From assembly GCA_937897575.1 (NCBI GenBank), contig CALCQG010000058.1, forward strand, positions 1 to 44,496: a stretch of DNA of 44,496 nt, read 5' to 3'. Position numbers and translations under genes: made by a program. Under the pieces are notes generated by a model, which was not told the DNA's origin, made no database searches, and saw only the letters and a program-made list of their open reading frames with translations. Positions 17,478-25,912 of the stretch are shown one piece after another (position 1 is the first letter of the stretch; each line of letters starts with the position of its first letter). The stretch is from an uncultured Synergistales bacterium (GTDB lineage: Bacteria; Synergistota; Synergistia; Synergistales; Aminobacteriaceae).

Positions 17478-18356
17478 ATGACGCTTTTGGAACGCATTCG
17501 TCTGCAAACGGAGGGCTTCAGCACGAAGTTCTCCGTTTTGGCCAAGCTCATAGTCGATAATGTCAGGGATCTTCGCATGATCGACATGAATTCCTCAGAG
17601 ATCGCCCGCCGGGCGGGGGTCAGCGAGGCCACCGTCACTCGTTTTGTCCATAAGTTGGGGTATTCGAACTTCTCCGAGTTCAGGATGGCATTGCGGCAGC
17701 AGCTGCAGGCCTCTCTTTCGGTGCGGTCCTTTCGGATGGAGCAGTACAACGGCGGCGAGGAGCCCGTTTATGTCCGCGTGTTCAACCTCGAGCGCAGCCT
17801 GATGGAAGAAACTCTGGGAATGCTTGATCCCGTTACCTTTGATAAATGCGTCGACATACTGCGGACGTCGGAGGAACTCTTGATCGTCGCATGTGAGCCG
17901 TACGGTTTCCTCGCGGACTATTTCTACAGTTTTTTGCGGCTCTATCGCGACAGGATCCATATCGTGCGAGATCTCGATTTATCCGCTCTCGGCAAGATGA
18001 TAGACGGCCTGTCGAAGAAGACGTCGGCATTTGTGATCAGCTTTCCGCGCTATCCCCAGGAGACGCAGCGTATCGTAAAACTGCTCCACAACCGAAGCAT
18101 GCGGATCGTCGGCATTACGGACAGCGAGATGTCGCCTATCGTCCCCTTTTCCAGCTACACGCTCTTCACACCGCATAAATATTTGATCGTCACCGATCCG
18201 GTTGCTGCCGCCGTATCCCTTATTCATTCGCTTCTCGTCGGATTCTACAAAAAAGATCCTTCGGGTTGCAAAAAGCGCCTTCAAAAGTATGAGGATCTGG
18301 CGAACGAATCGGATATCTACGTCCACAAGAACTTTAGTTTCGCTGAAATGCTCTGA
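17478..18356 (+). CDS. MurR/RpiR family transcriptional regulator
   Basis: HTH EIARRAGVSEATVTRFVHKLGYSNFSEF; SIS domain ISFPRY...ITDSEMSPI; GAGGTG RBS before ATG 17478. Confidence 0.92.
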   Translation: MTLLERIRLQTEGFSTKFSVLAKLIVDNVRDLRMIDMNSSEIARRAGVSEATVTRFVHKLGYSNFSEFRMALRQQLQASLSVRSFRMEQYNGGEEPVYVRVFNLERSLMEETLGMLDPVTFDKCVDILRTSEELLIVACEPYGFLADYFYSFLRLYRDRIHIVRDLDLSALGKMIDGLSKKTSAFVISFPRYPQETQRIVKLLHNRSMRIVGITDSEMSPIVPFSSYTLFTPHKYLIVTDPVAAAVSLIHSLLVGFYKKDPSGCKKRLQKYEDLANESDIYVHKNFSFAEML

Positions 18357-18389
18357 TTTGGCTGCACAAACTTTTTAGGGGGTGTGGGT

Positions 18390-19373
18390 ATGCCGGAAGT
18401 ACTGTGGTTATCTGAAAAGCAAGTCACTTCTCTGGACATCTCAATGGCGGACGTGATTGATGCCGTGGAAAAGGGGTGGCGGCTCAAGGGAGAGGGAAAA
18501 GTGGAAATGCCCGCCAAAATAGGCATTCACCCCAGAAAGGATTGTTACATCCACGCGATGCCCTGCTGGATAGGCGGGGAAGTGGATACCTGCGGACTGA
18601 AATGGGTCTCGGGGTTTCCGCAAAATATCAAGAAGCACATGCCCTACAATATCGGGCTTTTCATACTGACCGATTCAGATGATGGCCACATGAAGGCTGT
18701 CATGGATGCAAACTGGCTCACGACGTGGAGGACAGGGGCGGCCTCGGGGGTCATAGCGAAATATCTCGGACCGGAGGCCCCTTCAACGCTGGCGATCATC
18801 GGAGCTGGCACCCAGGGCAGAATCAACATCAGGGCGATGATGTCCGTCTATCCGGGTATGAAGACCGTCAAAGTCTATGATGTGATGCCGAACCAGGTTG
18901 CGACACTGAAGGAGCAGATGGGGACGCTCTTCCCGACGTTGGAGGTTGTCGGCGCTCAGGATGTCCAGTCGGCCTGTGCGGATGCCGACATAGTCATTTC
19001 CTGCGCTCCGGTGCTCGAGAAGCCGGTTCGGACCGTTCGCTCGGAGTGGTTGAAAAAAGACGTGCTGTGCATAGCGGTGGACCATGACTCCACCTTTGAC
19101 GCCGACATCATGACGGGAGCTCGGGCCTATGTCGTCGACGACAGAGGGCAGTATGCCTACATGCAGGGAGGGGGCGTGTACTTCCAGGGGTATCCGTCCG
19201 AGCGAGAGCTCTATGCGGAGATGAGCGAGGTCGTAGTGGGGAAGAAGCCCCGAGTCCGGGAAGGCCGGCGAGGCGCCGCTCCCATGGGCATAGCGTGCAA
19301 CGACGTCATCGTCGGGAAAATGGTGTATGAACGGGCAATGGCGAAGAAGCTTGGTACTTGGGTCAACCCCTAA
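18390..19373 (+). CDS. Ornithine cyclodeaminase/mu-crystallin family protein 1
   Basis: EMPAK, HAMP, LKWVSGFPQN, LTTWRTGAASG, Rossmann IIGAGTQG, ADIVIS. Confidence 0.9.
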   Translation: MPEVLWLSEKQVTSLDISMADVIDAVEKGWRLKGEGKVEMPAKIGIHPRKDCYIHAMPCWIGGEVDTCGLKWVSGFPQNIKKHMPYNIGLFILTDSDDGHMKAVMDANWLTTWRTGAASGVIAKYLGPEAPSTLAIIGAGTQGRINIRAMMSVYPGMKTVKVYDVMPNQVATLKEQMGTLFPTLEVVGAQDVQSACADADIVISCAPVLEKPVRTVRSEWLKKDVLCIAVDHDSTFDADIMTGARAYVVDDRGQYAYMQGGGVYFQGYPSERELYAEMSEVVVGKKPRVREGRRGAAPMGIACNDVIVGKMVYERAMAKKLGTWVNP

Positions 19374-19398
19374 TTTATTATCATAAGGAGGTTTCACG

Positions 19399-20430
19399 AT
19401 GAAGAGCATGGAGTACCGTGAGTGGCTGGACAAGCACGTGAAGATAGGGAAAGAGGTCCTCTGGGTGACTCAAAAAGAGGTAGAGGAGATGGGGATCCCG
19501 AGGGAGACTGTCTTTGAACTGACAGAAAAAGCTTTGGCATACCACGGCAAAAAAGAGGTGGAGATGCCGGCCAAGATCGGCATTCATCCTCATACACAAC
19601 CGAATACCCTGATGCACGCTATGCCCGGCTATATTCCCGCCGAGTACATCGCTTGCCTGAAATGGGGGGGCTGTTTCCCCGAGAACCGCCAGAAGTTCAA
19701 CCTTCCCCAGACTTCCGGTCTGATGGTCTACAACGACCACGAGTCCGGTATCCCTGTCGCGGTAACCGATGCCGTCTGGATAACGAAGATGCGCACGGCG
19801 GCCGTCTCGATGGCTGGTGCCAAGTACCTTGCGAACCCCAAAACAGAAGTAGCCGCTCAGATCGGCTGCGGCGTTCAGGGCACGGAGCACGTCAAGTTCA
19901 TGGAGCTGGCCCTTCCTCATCTCAAGGAGATCCTGATCTACGACGTCTACCCGGCGGCGATGGATGCCCTGATCAAGGAGTGTCAGCCGTCGGTGAAAGC
20001 GAAAATCGTCAAGACGAACTCCTTTGAGGAGGTGGTCAAGGGAGCGGAGACCGTCTTCTCGACGAGCACCATTACCAGCTCTCCGAGCCCGAAGATCAAG
20101 GACGAGTGGGTGAGGGCGGGGCAGACACTGATCCTTGTGGATATGCACACCCTCTATGACGACAAGACCATGAAGCGAGCGGACAAATATCTCGTGGATA
20201 GCATCGAGGAGCATGTGTATTTCGAGTCGATCGGGTACTACCCCCATGGACTGCCGGAGATCTATGGGGAAACGGGAGAGGTGGTCGCCGGCATAAAGAA
20301 AGGGAGGGAGTCGAAGGACGAACTCATCGTCGATAACAACACGGGCATGTCGGTTGAAGATGCGATGGTCGTCAAGCACATCGTCGGATTGGCACTGGAG
20401 AGAAAGATCGGCAGGCTGCTTCCGCTGTAG
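19399..20430 (+). CDS. Ornithine cyclodeaminase/mu-crystallin family protein 2
   Basis: EMPAK, HAMP, LKWGGCFPEN, ITKMRTAAVS, IGCGVQG, GEVVAG.KKGR, NTGMSVED. Confidence 0.9.
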   Translation: MKSMEYREWLDKHVKIGKEVLWVTQKEVEEMGIPRETVFELTEKALAYHGKKEVEMPAKIGIHPHTQPNTLMHAMPGYIPAEYIACLKWGGCFPENRQKFNLPQTSGLMVYNDHESGIPVAVTDAVWITKMRTAAVSMAGAKYLANPKTEVAAQIGCGVQGTEHVKFMELALPHLKEILIYDVYPAAMDALIKECQPSVKAKIVKTNSFEEVVKGAETVFSTSTITSSPSPKIKDEWVRAGQTLILVDMHTLYDDKTMKRADKYLVDSIEEHVYFESIGYYPHGLPEIYGETGEVVAGIKKGRESKDELIVDNNTGMSVEDAMVVKHIVGLALERKIGRLLPL

Positions 20431-20504
20431 AGCGGTGCTTCGCCTGGAGACCATGAACCGGGCAGCAAATGAAACAGCTGTTCATCATCAGGAGGTGACG
20501 TAAA

Positions 20505-21515
20505 GTGCGTATGAAAAAGTTCGGTACTGTTCTCTGTGTCGCGTTGGTTGTTGCGCTCGCCATGGGAGCCCTGAGTGCGGAGGCAGCGATAAAGCTGCGC
20601 TTTGCGGGACAGAACCCCATAGAGCACCAGAACACCAAGGCCATGAATCAGGTCAAGGAGATGATCGAGAAGGCGACGAACGGTGAAATCGTCATCGAGG
20701 TCTACCCTGCAAGCCAGCTCGGTGACTATACCCTTATCTATGAGGAGCTGATGAGAGGGTCCATCGACTTTGCTCTCATTTCGATCCCCAACCAGTTCGA
20801 CCCTGCAACCCAGATCAGTACGACGCCTTTCATGGCGAAGGACTACGCCGAAGCCAAGAAAGTGTACGCGAAGGGCGGATGGCTTTTCAACAAGGTGGCG
20901 GAGATTCAGGCGAAACAGGGGATCCGGTTCCTGGCCTTCAACGCCGATGGTTTCGGTGGCCTTGGGCTGACGAAGGAGCCGGTCGATGTGCTGAACCCGG
21001 CCGTTAAAAAGGGCGTACTGGTTCGCGTTCCGCCCATTCCCGTCTTCAAAGCCGTCGTGGAGGACATGGGCTACCAGACGGTATCCATCCCCTATGCGGA
21101 GCTTTATACTGCGCTCCAGACCGGGATCGCCGAGGGTTGGGTCGGCGGAGCTCCTTCCCATAACTATCTGGGGTTCAGAGATGTCATCAAGCACTACTAT
21201 CAGCTGAATATCTACCTTGAGAACGAGCAGTATCTGATAAGCGACGAGACATGGAAGAAACTGTCGCCGGAGCACCAGAAGATCATTGAGGACATCGTGG
21301 CGCAGGTCGGTGAGGAGAGCTTCGACATCTCGGCCCGGGACGACGCCTTCTACCTTGAGAAGCTGAAGGAAGCGGGCACGAAGGTATACACATATCCCGC
21401 CGAGCAGTTGGCGGAATTGGCGGAGAACGCAAAACGTACTACGTGGCCGAAGGTCGGCAAGCTGATCGGCGAAGACCTTATGAATGAAATGATAAAAACC
21501 TTCGAGAGCAAATAG
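20505..21515 (+). CDS. dctP: TRAP transporter substrate-binding protein
   Basis: Signal peptide; TNGEIVIEVYPASQLG, LVRVP, ELYTALQTG; AGGAGG RBS. Confidence 0.92.
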   Translation: MRMKKFGTVLCVALVVALAMGALSAEAAIKLRFAGQNPIEHQNTKAMNQVKEMIEKATNGEIVIEVYPASQLGDYTLIYEELMRGSIDFALISIPNQFDPATQISTTPFMAKDYAEAKKVYAKGGWLFNKVAEIQAKQGIRFLAFNADGFGGLGLTKEPVDVLNPAVKKGVLVRVPPIPVFKAVVEDMGYQTVSIPYAELYTALQTGIAEGWVGGAPSHNYLGFRDVIKHYYQLNIYLENEQYLISDETWKKLSPEHQKIIEDIVAQVGEESFDISARDDAFYLEKLKEAGTKVYTYPAEQLAELAENAKRTTWPKVGKLIGEDLMNEMIKTFESK

Positions 21516-21533
21516 ACATTCTGTATCTTAGGT

Positions 21534-21566
21534 GCGTTAGGGAGAATGCGTTTTTCTCCCTAACGC
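21534..21566 (+). other. Intra-operon stem-loop after dctP-3
   Basis: GCGTTAGGGAGAA / TTCTCCCTAACGC 13-bp stem with no U-tract. Confidence 0.65.
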
Positions 21567-21584
21567 CTTGAAGGAGTGATGGAT

Positions 21585-22073
21585 ATGCTCGCTAAATTGG
21601 AAAATTACCTCGTTTTCATAGAAAAATTCATTATGGTCGTGACGAGCATGGTGCTTGTCCTCCTTGTATGCTGGGCTGTCGTGCTCAGATACGTCCTGGA
21701 ACTCGACCTCTACGGAATCGAGGAGATAGAGGTCCTCATCGGTTTCTGGCTCTATTTTGTGGCCGGAGTATACGGCAGCTACAAGGGGACGCAGATCAGC
21801 GCCGATATCCTGAACGTGTTAGTGAAGAACACCCATGTAAAACGTTTCTTCAACATCGCGGCCAACATCGTCGCCTTCCTCATGGTGTCCGTATTCGCCT
21901 ACTGGAGCTGGGACCTCCTCATGTTCTCCATCCAGAAGAGACCCGTCACGGCTGTCTGGAGAATTCCGATGTTCTTTACTTACCTTCCCGTTGTCCTGGG
22001 CTTTTGTCTTATGGCGGTCTACGCGCTCCGCGACCTTTGCCGATCCATCAAGGGAACCCCCGCGGAAGAGTAG
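21585..22073 (+). CDS. dctQ: TRAP transporter small permease
   Basis: VVLRYV, GIEEI..LIGFWLYF..G, QISAD; start uncertain (21576, 21579 or 21585). Confidence 0.9.
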   Translation: MLAKLENYLVFIEKFIMVVTSMVLVLLVCWAVVLRYVLELDLYGIEEIEVLIGFWLYFVAGVYGSYKGTQISADILNVLVKNTHVKRFFNIAANIVAFLMVSVFAYWSWDLLMFSIQKRPVTAVWRIPMFFTYLPVVLGFCLMAVYALRDLCRSIKGTPAEE

Positions 22074-22113
22074 GCAGTCCCTGAATTATTTCGCATGAAG
22101 TGAGGTGTCAAGA

Positions 22114-23409
22114 ATGGTATTCCTGGCCTTGGGTATTCTTCTTGTCTCTTTGATAATAGGGGTTCCCGTCCCCTTTGCGTTCCTCGCCTCCGCCTTTTTC
22201 TTCATCGTGACCGGCGAGTACAAGACTTCGTTCATGATCCCCTACGGGATCAGCAAGCTCAGCACGACCGTCCTCTTTGCCATTCCCTTGTTCATCATGG
22301 CAGGGGGCATCATGGAAAAGGGCAACATCGGCGGCAAACTCATCGGCCTTGTCGAAAATTTCGTCGGTAAGATCAAGGGCGGGCTCGGCGTCGTCGCCGT
22401 CGTGTCCTGCGCGGTCTTTGGATCCATAACCGGGAGCGCCTGCGCGACCCTTTCGTGCATCGGCTCGATCATGTTTCCCAGACTCGAACGGGCAGGCTAC
22501 CCTCGTGGTCATTCTGCCGCACTGCTCGCGAACTCCGCCGTCCTCGGCATGCTCATCCCCCCCAGCAGCCTCATGATCCTCTATGCATGGGTCGGCGGCC
22601 AGTCCGTGCTGGCCTGCTTCCTCTCCTCCGTTATCCCCGGAATTATCCTGACCACGCTCCTCTCGATTGTGAACGTCTATCTGCTGCGAGACGACCCCAA
22701 TATTCAAGTGACGTCCGGTGAACAGGATTTTGACGGCAAGAGGGGGCTGGACAAGTTCATCGATGCCTTCCCCGCTCTGCTGATGCCCGTCATCGTGCTT
22801 GGCGGTATTTATGCGGGCATTATGACCCCGACAGAGGCGGCCGCGGTTTCCGTGCTCTACGCCATCCCCGTGGGGATGTTCATCTACAAAGGGCTCACGC
22901 TGAAGGGGTTATGGGACTCCCTCGTCGATTCCGCCATGACCACGGGGGTCATCATGGTCATGTTGTATTGCGTCATGATCCTGGGACGGATCTATGTGAT
23001 GGAGGGGCTGCCGACAAAAATCCTGGCATTGCTGAAATCCATCTCCGACAGCAAGCTGGTCATCCTCTTCATCCTGAATATTTTCATGATCATCATGGGT
23101 ATGCTTATGGACGACGTAAGCTCCACGCTGCTCTCTACTCCGCTCCTTCTTCCCATCGCCATAGAGATCGGCGTGCACCCCGTCCATTTTGCGGCGATCG
23201 TCGGAGTGAACCTCGGCATGGGGAACATCACGCCACCCTGCGCTCCGCTCCTCTACCTGGGAGGAAGTCTCGGCAAAGCCCCGGTCGGAGAGATGCTCTA
23301 CCCTACGTTGGTTATGTTTGTGTTTGCCTGGATACCAACTCTGATCCTTACGACCTACATGCCCTCCCTCTCTTTGTGGCTGCCGCGTCTGGTCCTGGGC
23401 ATCAATTGA
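22114..23409 (+). CDS. dctM: TRAP transporter large permease
   Basis: FAIPLFIMAG, SITGSACA, LIPPS, GIMTPTEAA, ITPPCAP. Confidence 0.93.
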   Translation: MVFLALGILLVSLIIGVPVPFAFLASAFFFIVTGEYKTSFMIPYGISKLSTTVLFAIPLFIMAGGIMEKGNIGGKLIGLVENFVGKIKGGLGVVAVVSCAVFGSITGSACATLSCIGSIMFPRLERAGYPRGHSAALLANSAVLGMLIPPSSLMILYAWVGGQSVLACFLSSVIPGIILTTLLSIVNVYLLRDDPNIQVTSGEQDFDGKRGLDKFIDAFPALLMPVIVLGGIYAGIMTPTEAAAVSVLYAIPVGMFIYKGLTLKGLWDSLVDSAMTTGVIMVMLYCVMILGRIYVMEGLPTKILALLKSISDSKLVILFILNIFMIIMGMLMDDVSSTLLSTPLLLPIAIEIGVHPVHFAAIVGVNLGMGNITPPCAPLLYLGGSLGKAPVGEMLYPTLVMFVFAWIPTLILTTYMPSLSLWLPRLVLGIN

Positions 23410-23427
23410 TTGCAGGAGGGTGATGCC

Positions 23428-24714
23428 GTGGAACATAAAGTTTTTCTCACCGACGAAGAGAACGATATGCTCCTGGGAAAGGCTGGAACGATGAAGCAGA
23501 AGGCCATGGAGGTCATCGTGCGATATGCTGATGTTCTCGGGGCAAAGAAGCTCTGTAAAATCACGAAGGCCCATCTTTTCTGCGGAGCGCACCCCTTCAT
23601 GCTGTCCTTCCCTTCTTCGGACCCCGATGAAGTGATCTCGAAGATGCTCTTCTGCTCGGACGAAAAAGTGGCGTTGGATCGGTACGAGTGCCCCTACTGC
23701 CAATCCGATGCGGCCCCCATGGACTCGGAGAAATGGAGGAGCATGGGCGTAGCCGAGCCTGAAGCGAAACGGAACGAACAGTTCCTTCACCGTTTTCTGG
23801 ATTCGGGGGTTCATCTGGCGTCGAGCTGCATCCCCTATATGCTGGGGTTTGTTCCGCTTATGGGAGAGCACTACGTCTCCACCGAGTCCCATGCCGTCGT
23901 GCTGATGAACTCTCTCTGGGGCGCCTGCGGCAACGCTGACGGCGTCGAAATTGCCTTTTCCGCCGCGGCCTGTGGGCGCATCCCCCTCTGGGGCACCCAT
24001 ATCGCGGAGAACCGTAAGGGGACCCACATCTTCAGGGTTCTCTGCAACGTGGCGTCCACACACGACTGGGATCTGTTGGGGTACACCGTTGGCCGCAAGC
24101 TTCCGACCCACTCTGTGCCGGTTCTTGTAGGAGCTCCGAGGCCGAACATCGTGGACCTCAAGTCCTTCTTCGCCTCGCTGGCGACGACGGCCGGGCCGGA
24201 GATATGTCATATCGTGGGGATCACTCCTGAGGCCCCCACTCTGGACAGTGCGATGGGGGGAAACAAACCGGTTCGGGATGTGACCGTGACGGAGGAGGAC
24301 CTCGAGGAGTCGAGAAGGATGCTCTCCGACGCAGGGGAGGGCTCCGTTCAGTACGTGAGCGTCGGGTGCCCCCACTATTCCATCGATCAGGTAGAGCGTG
24401 CGGCCCGATACCTTCGTGGGAAAAAAATTGCCGAAGGGGTGACGCTGCAGGTCTGGACGGCGCCGCAGATCCGATACCTCGCCGACCGATGCGGTTACTC
24501 CAAAGTTATAGAGGATGCCGGGGGCGTCGTGCTGACAGGGTCGTGCCCCATGGTCAGCGAAAAACTGCCGAAGAACGCCGCCGGGCTCGCCTTCGACTCG
24601 GCGAAGCAGGCACACTACCTTCGCCCCGTGGATCTCATGCAAGGCAAAAAGATATACTACGGCTCCATGGAGCAGTGTCTTGAAGCGGCCCTGTCGGGCA
24701 TGTGGAAGGAGTGA
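23428..24714 (+). CDS. Aconitase X catalytic (large) subunit, DUF521
   Basis: LTDEE..ML.G..G....AM, SCIPY, TESHAV...NSL.GA, HIVGITPEA, GCPHYS, GSCP, FDSAKQAHY. Confidence 0.88.
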   Translation: MEHKVFLTDEENDMLLGKAGTMKQKAMEVIVRYADVLGAKKLCKITKAHLFCGAHPFMLSFPSSDPDEVISKMLFCSDEKVALDRYECPYCQSDAAPMDSEKWRSMGVAEPEAKRNEQFLHRFLDSGVHLASSCIPYMLGFVPLMGEHYVSTESHAVVLMNSLWGACGNADGVEIAFSAAACGRIPLWGTHIAENRKGTHIFRVLCNVASTHDWDLLGYTVGRKLPTHSVPVLVGAPRPNIVDLKSFFASLATTAGPEICHIVGITPEAPTLDSAMGGNKPVRDVTVTEEDLEESRRMLSDAGEGSVQYVSVGCPHYSIDQVERAARYLRGKKIAEGVTLQVWTAPQIRYLADRCGYSKVIEDAGGVVLTGSCPMVSEKLPKNAAGLAFDSAKQAHYLRPVDLMQGKKIYYGSMEQCLEAALSGMWKE

Positions 24715-24719
24715 AGGCC

Positions 24720-25154
24720 ATGGATGATGTGCGTATCCTTCGTGGACGCGGTGCCGTCGGCGGAAAAGCCGAAGGACCTGCCATGGCGAGCGAGAATGCC
24801 ATACAGGGGTGGAGCGGTGTCGACGAACGATCGGGTATGATTATAGAGAAAGGACATCCTTTCGAGGGGATGAGCATGAACGGGGCCGTCCTCGTTCTCT
24901 CAGGCGGGAAAGGGTCCAACGGCTGGTCCTGCCATTTTCATGCGGCGATGATTCTGGGCATTACCCCCGCCGCCATGCTTTTCCCCAAGATGGATGCCCG
25001 GACGGCCTCTGCAGCGGCTATCCTCGGAATCCCGGTTGTGACGGATTTTGAGGAGGATATTTTCAGCCTCGTCGAATCAGGGGACTGGATTCAGGTCGAC
25101 GGCGACGCGGGGATCGTACGGATCACGAAAAGAGATCGCCCGGGAAAACACTGA
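24720..25154 (+). CDS. Aconitase X swivel (small) subunit, DUF126
   Basis: GRGAVGGKAEG.A, GVD..SG.IIEKGHP..G, GGKGS, VDGDAG.V; directly follows the large subunit. Confidence 0.88.
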   Translation: MDDVRILRGRGAVGGKAEGPAMASENAIQGWSGVDERSGMIIEKGHPFEGMSMNGAVLVLSGGKGSNGWSCHFHAAMILGITPAAMLFPKMDARTASAAAILGIPVVTDFEEDIFSLVESGDWIQVDGDAGIVRITKRDRPGKH

Positions 25155-25230
25155 CCGATCCTCGTGCACCAGGAGCGCCGTACGGCTCGAAGGCGAGGGG
25201 GAGGGCAACGGAACGAGGAGAGGTGCCGAT

Positions 25231-25884
25231 ATGACTCTTGACAGAAGCCGAATCGAATCGATCGTCCTGCGAATTCTTGAAGAGGAGCGGAGTGGTGCGC
25301 CTCTGACGGTTATCGCCGGGGTGAGCAACAGGCACTGTCACCTCTCGCGCCGGGACGCGGACGTCCTGTTCGGACAGGGCTACGCGTTGCGAAAGGACAA
25401 GGACCTGCGACAACCCGGCCAGTTCGCGTCGAAAGAGACGGTTCACATCGTCACCCACGGAGGGGTGCTCGAAAACGTGCGGGTCCTCGGGCCCCTTCGC
25501 GAGAAGACACAGGTTGAGGTGTCCATGACGGACGCCCGACGCCTTGGTGTCTCTCTTCCGCTCGTCCGAAGCGGGAGCACCGTCGAGACGCCCGGGATAC
25601 TCCTCGTGGGGCCCGAGGGGAGCATCTCCTGTACGTCGGGAGTGGGCATTGCATGGCGCCATATGCATCTGTCCCCGGAGGAGGCCGACTGCATGGGGCT
25701 CCAGGATAACGACGAGGTGGATGTGGAAGTCGGCGGGGACAGGGGGCTCGTCTTCCGGAGAGTCTGGGTTCGCGTTCGCTCAGATATGCTCTCGGAGTTT
25801 CATGTGGACGTGGATGAGGCCAACTCCTGTGGGTTGAAGACGGGCGACAGGGTCACCGTCCTCAGGCCGGCGCAGGCGCAGTGA
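25231..25884 (+). CDS. pduL: PduL-type phosphotransacylase with N-terminal encapsulation peptide
   Basis: GVSNRHCHLS, LRQPGQFAS.E, VRVLGPLR..TQVEVS, RHMHLSP, FHVDVDEAN. Confidence 0.93.
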   Translation: MTLDRSRIESIVLRILEEERSGAPLTVIAGVSNRHCHLSRRDADVLFGQGYALRKDKDLRQPGQFASKETVHIVTHGGVLENVRVLGPLREKTQVEVSMTDARRLGVSLPLVRSGSTVETPGILLVGPEGSISCTSGVGIAWRHMHLSPEEADCMGLQDNDEVDVEVGGDRGLVFRRVWVRVRSDMLSEFHVDVDEANSCGLKTGDRVTVLRPAQAQ

Positions 25885-25912
25885 GCCCGCGCGGCAGGAA
25901 ACGGAGAGAGCC

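Noticed and set aside
19391..19404. GTTTCACGATGAAG as a third parS site
   Set aside because: Only a half-site matches, and it overlaps a start codon.
25155..25230. ANTAR (EutV) dual hairpin or promoter ahead of the eut genes
   Set aside because: Only a partial GCAACGG match, with no paired hairpins, terminator or -10/-35 boxes, and no eutVW in the window.
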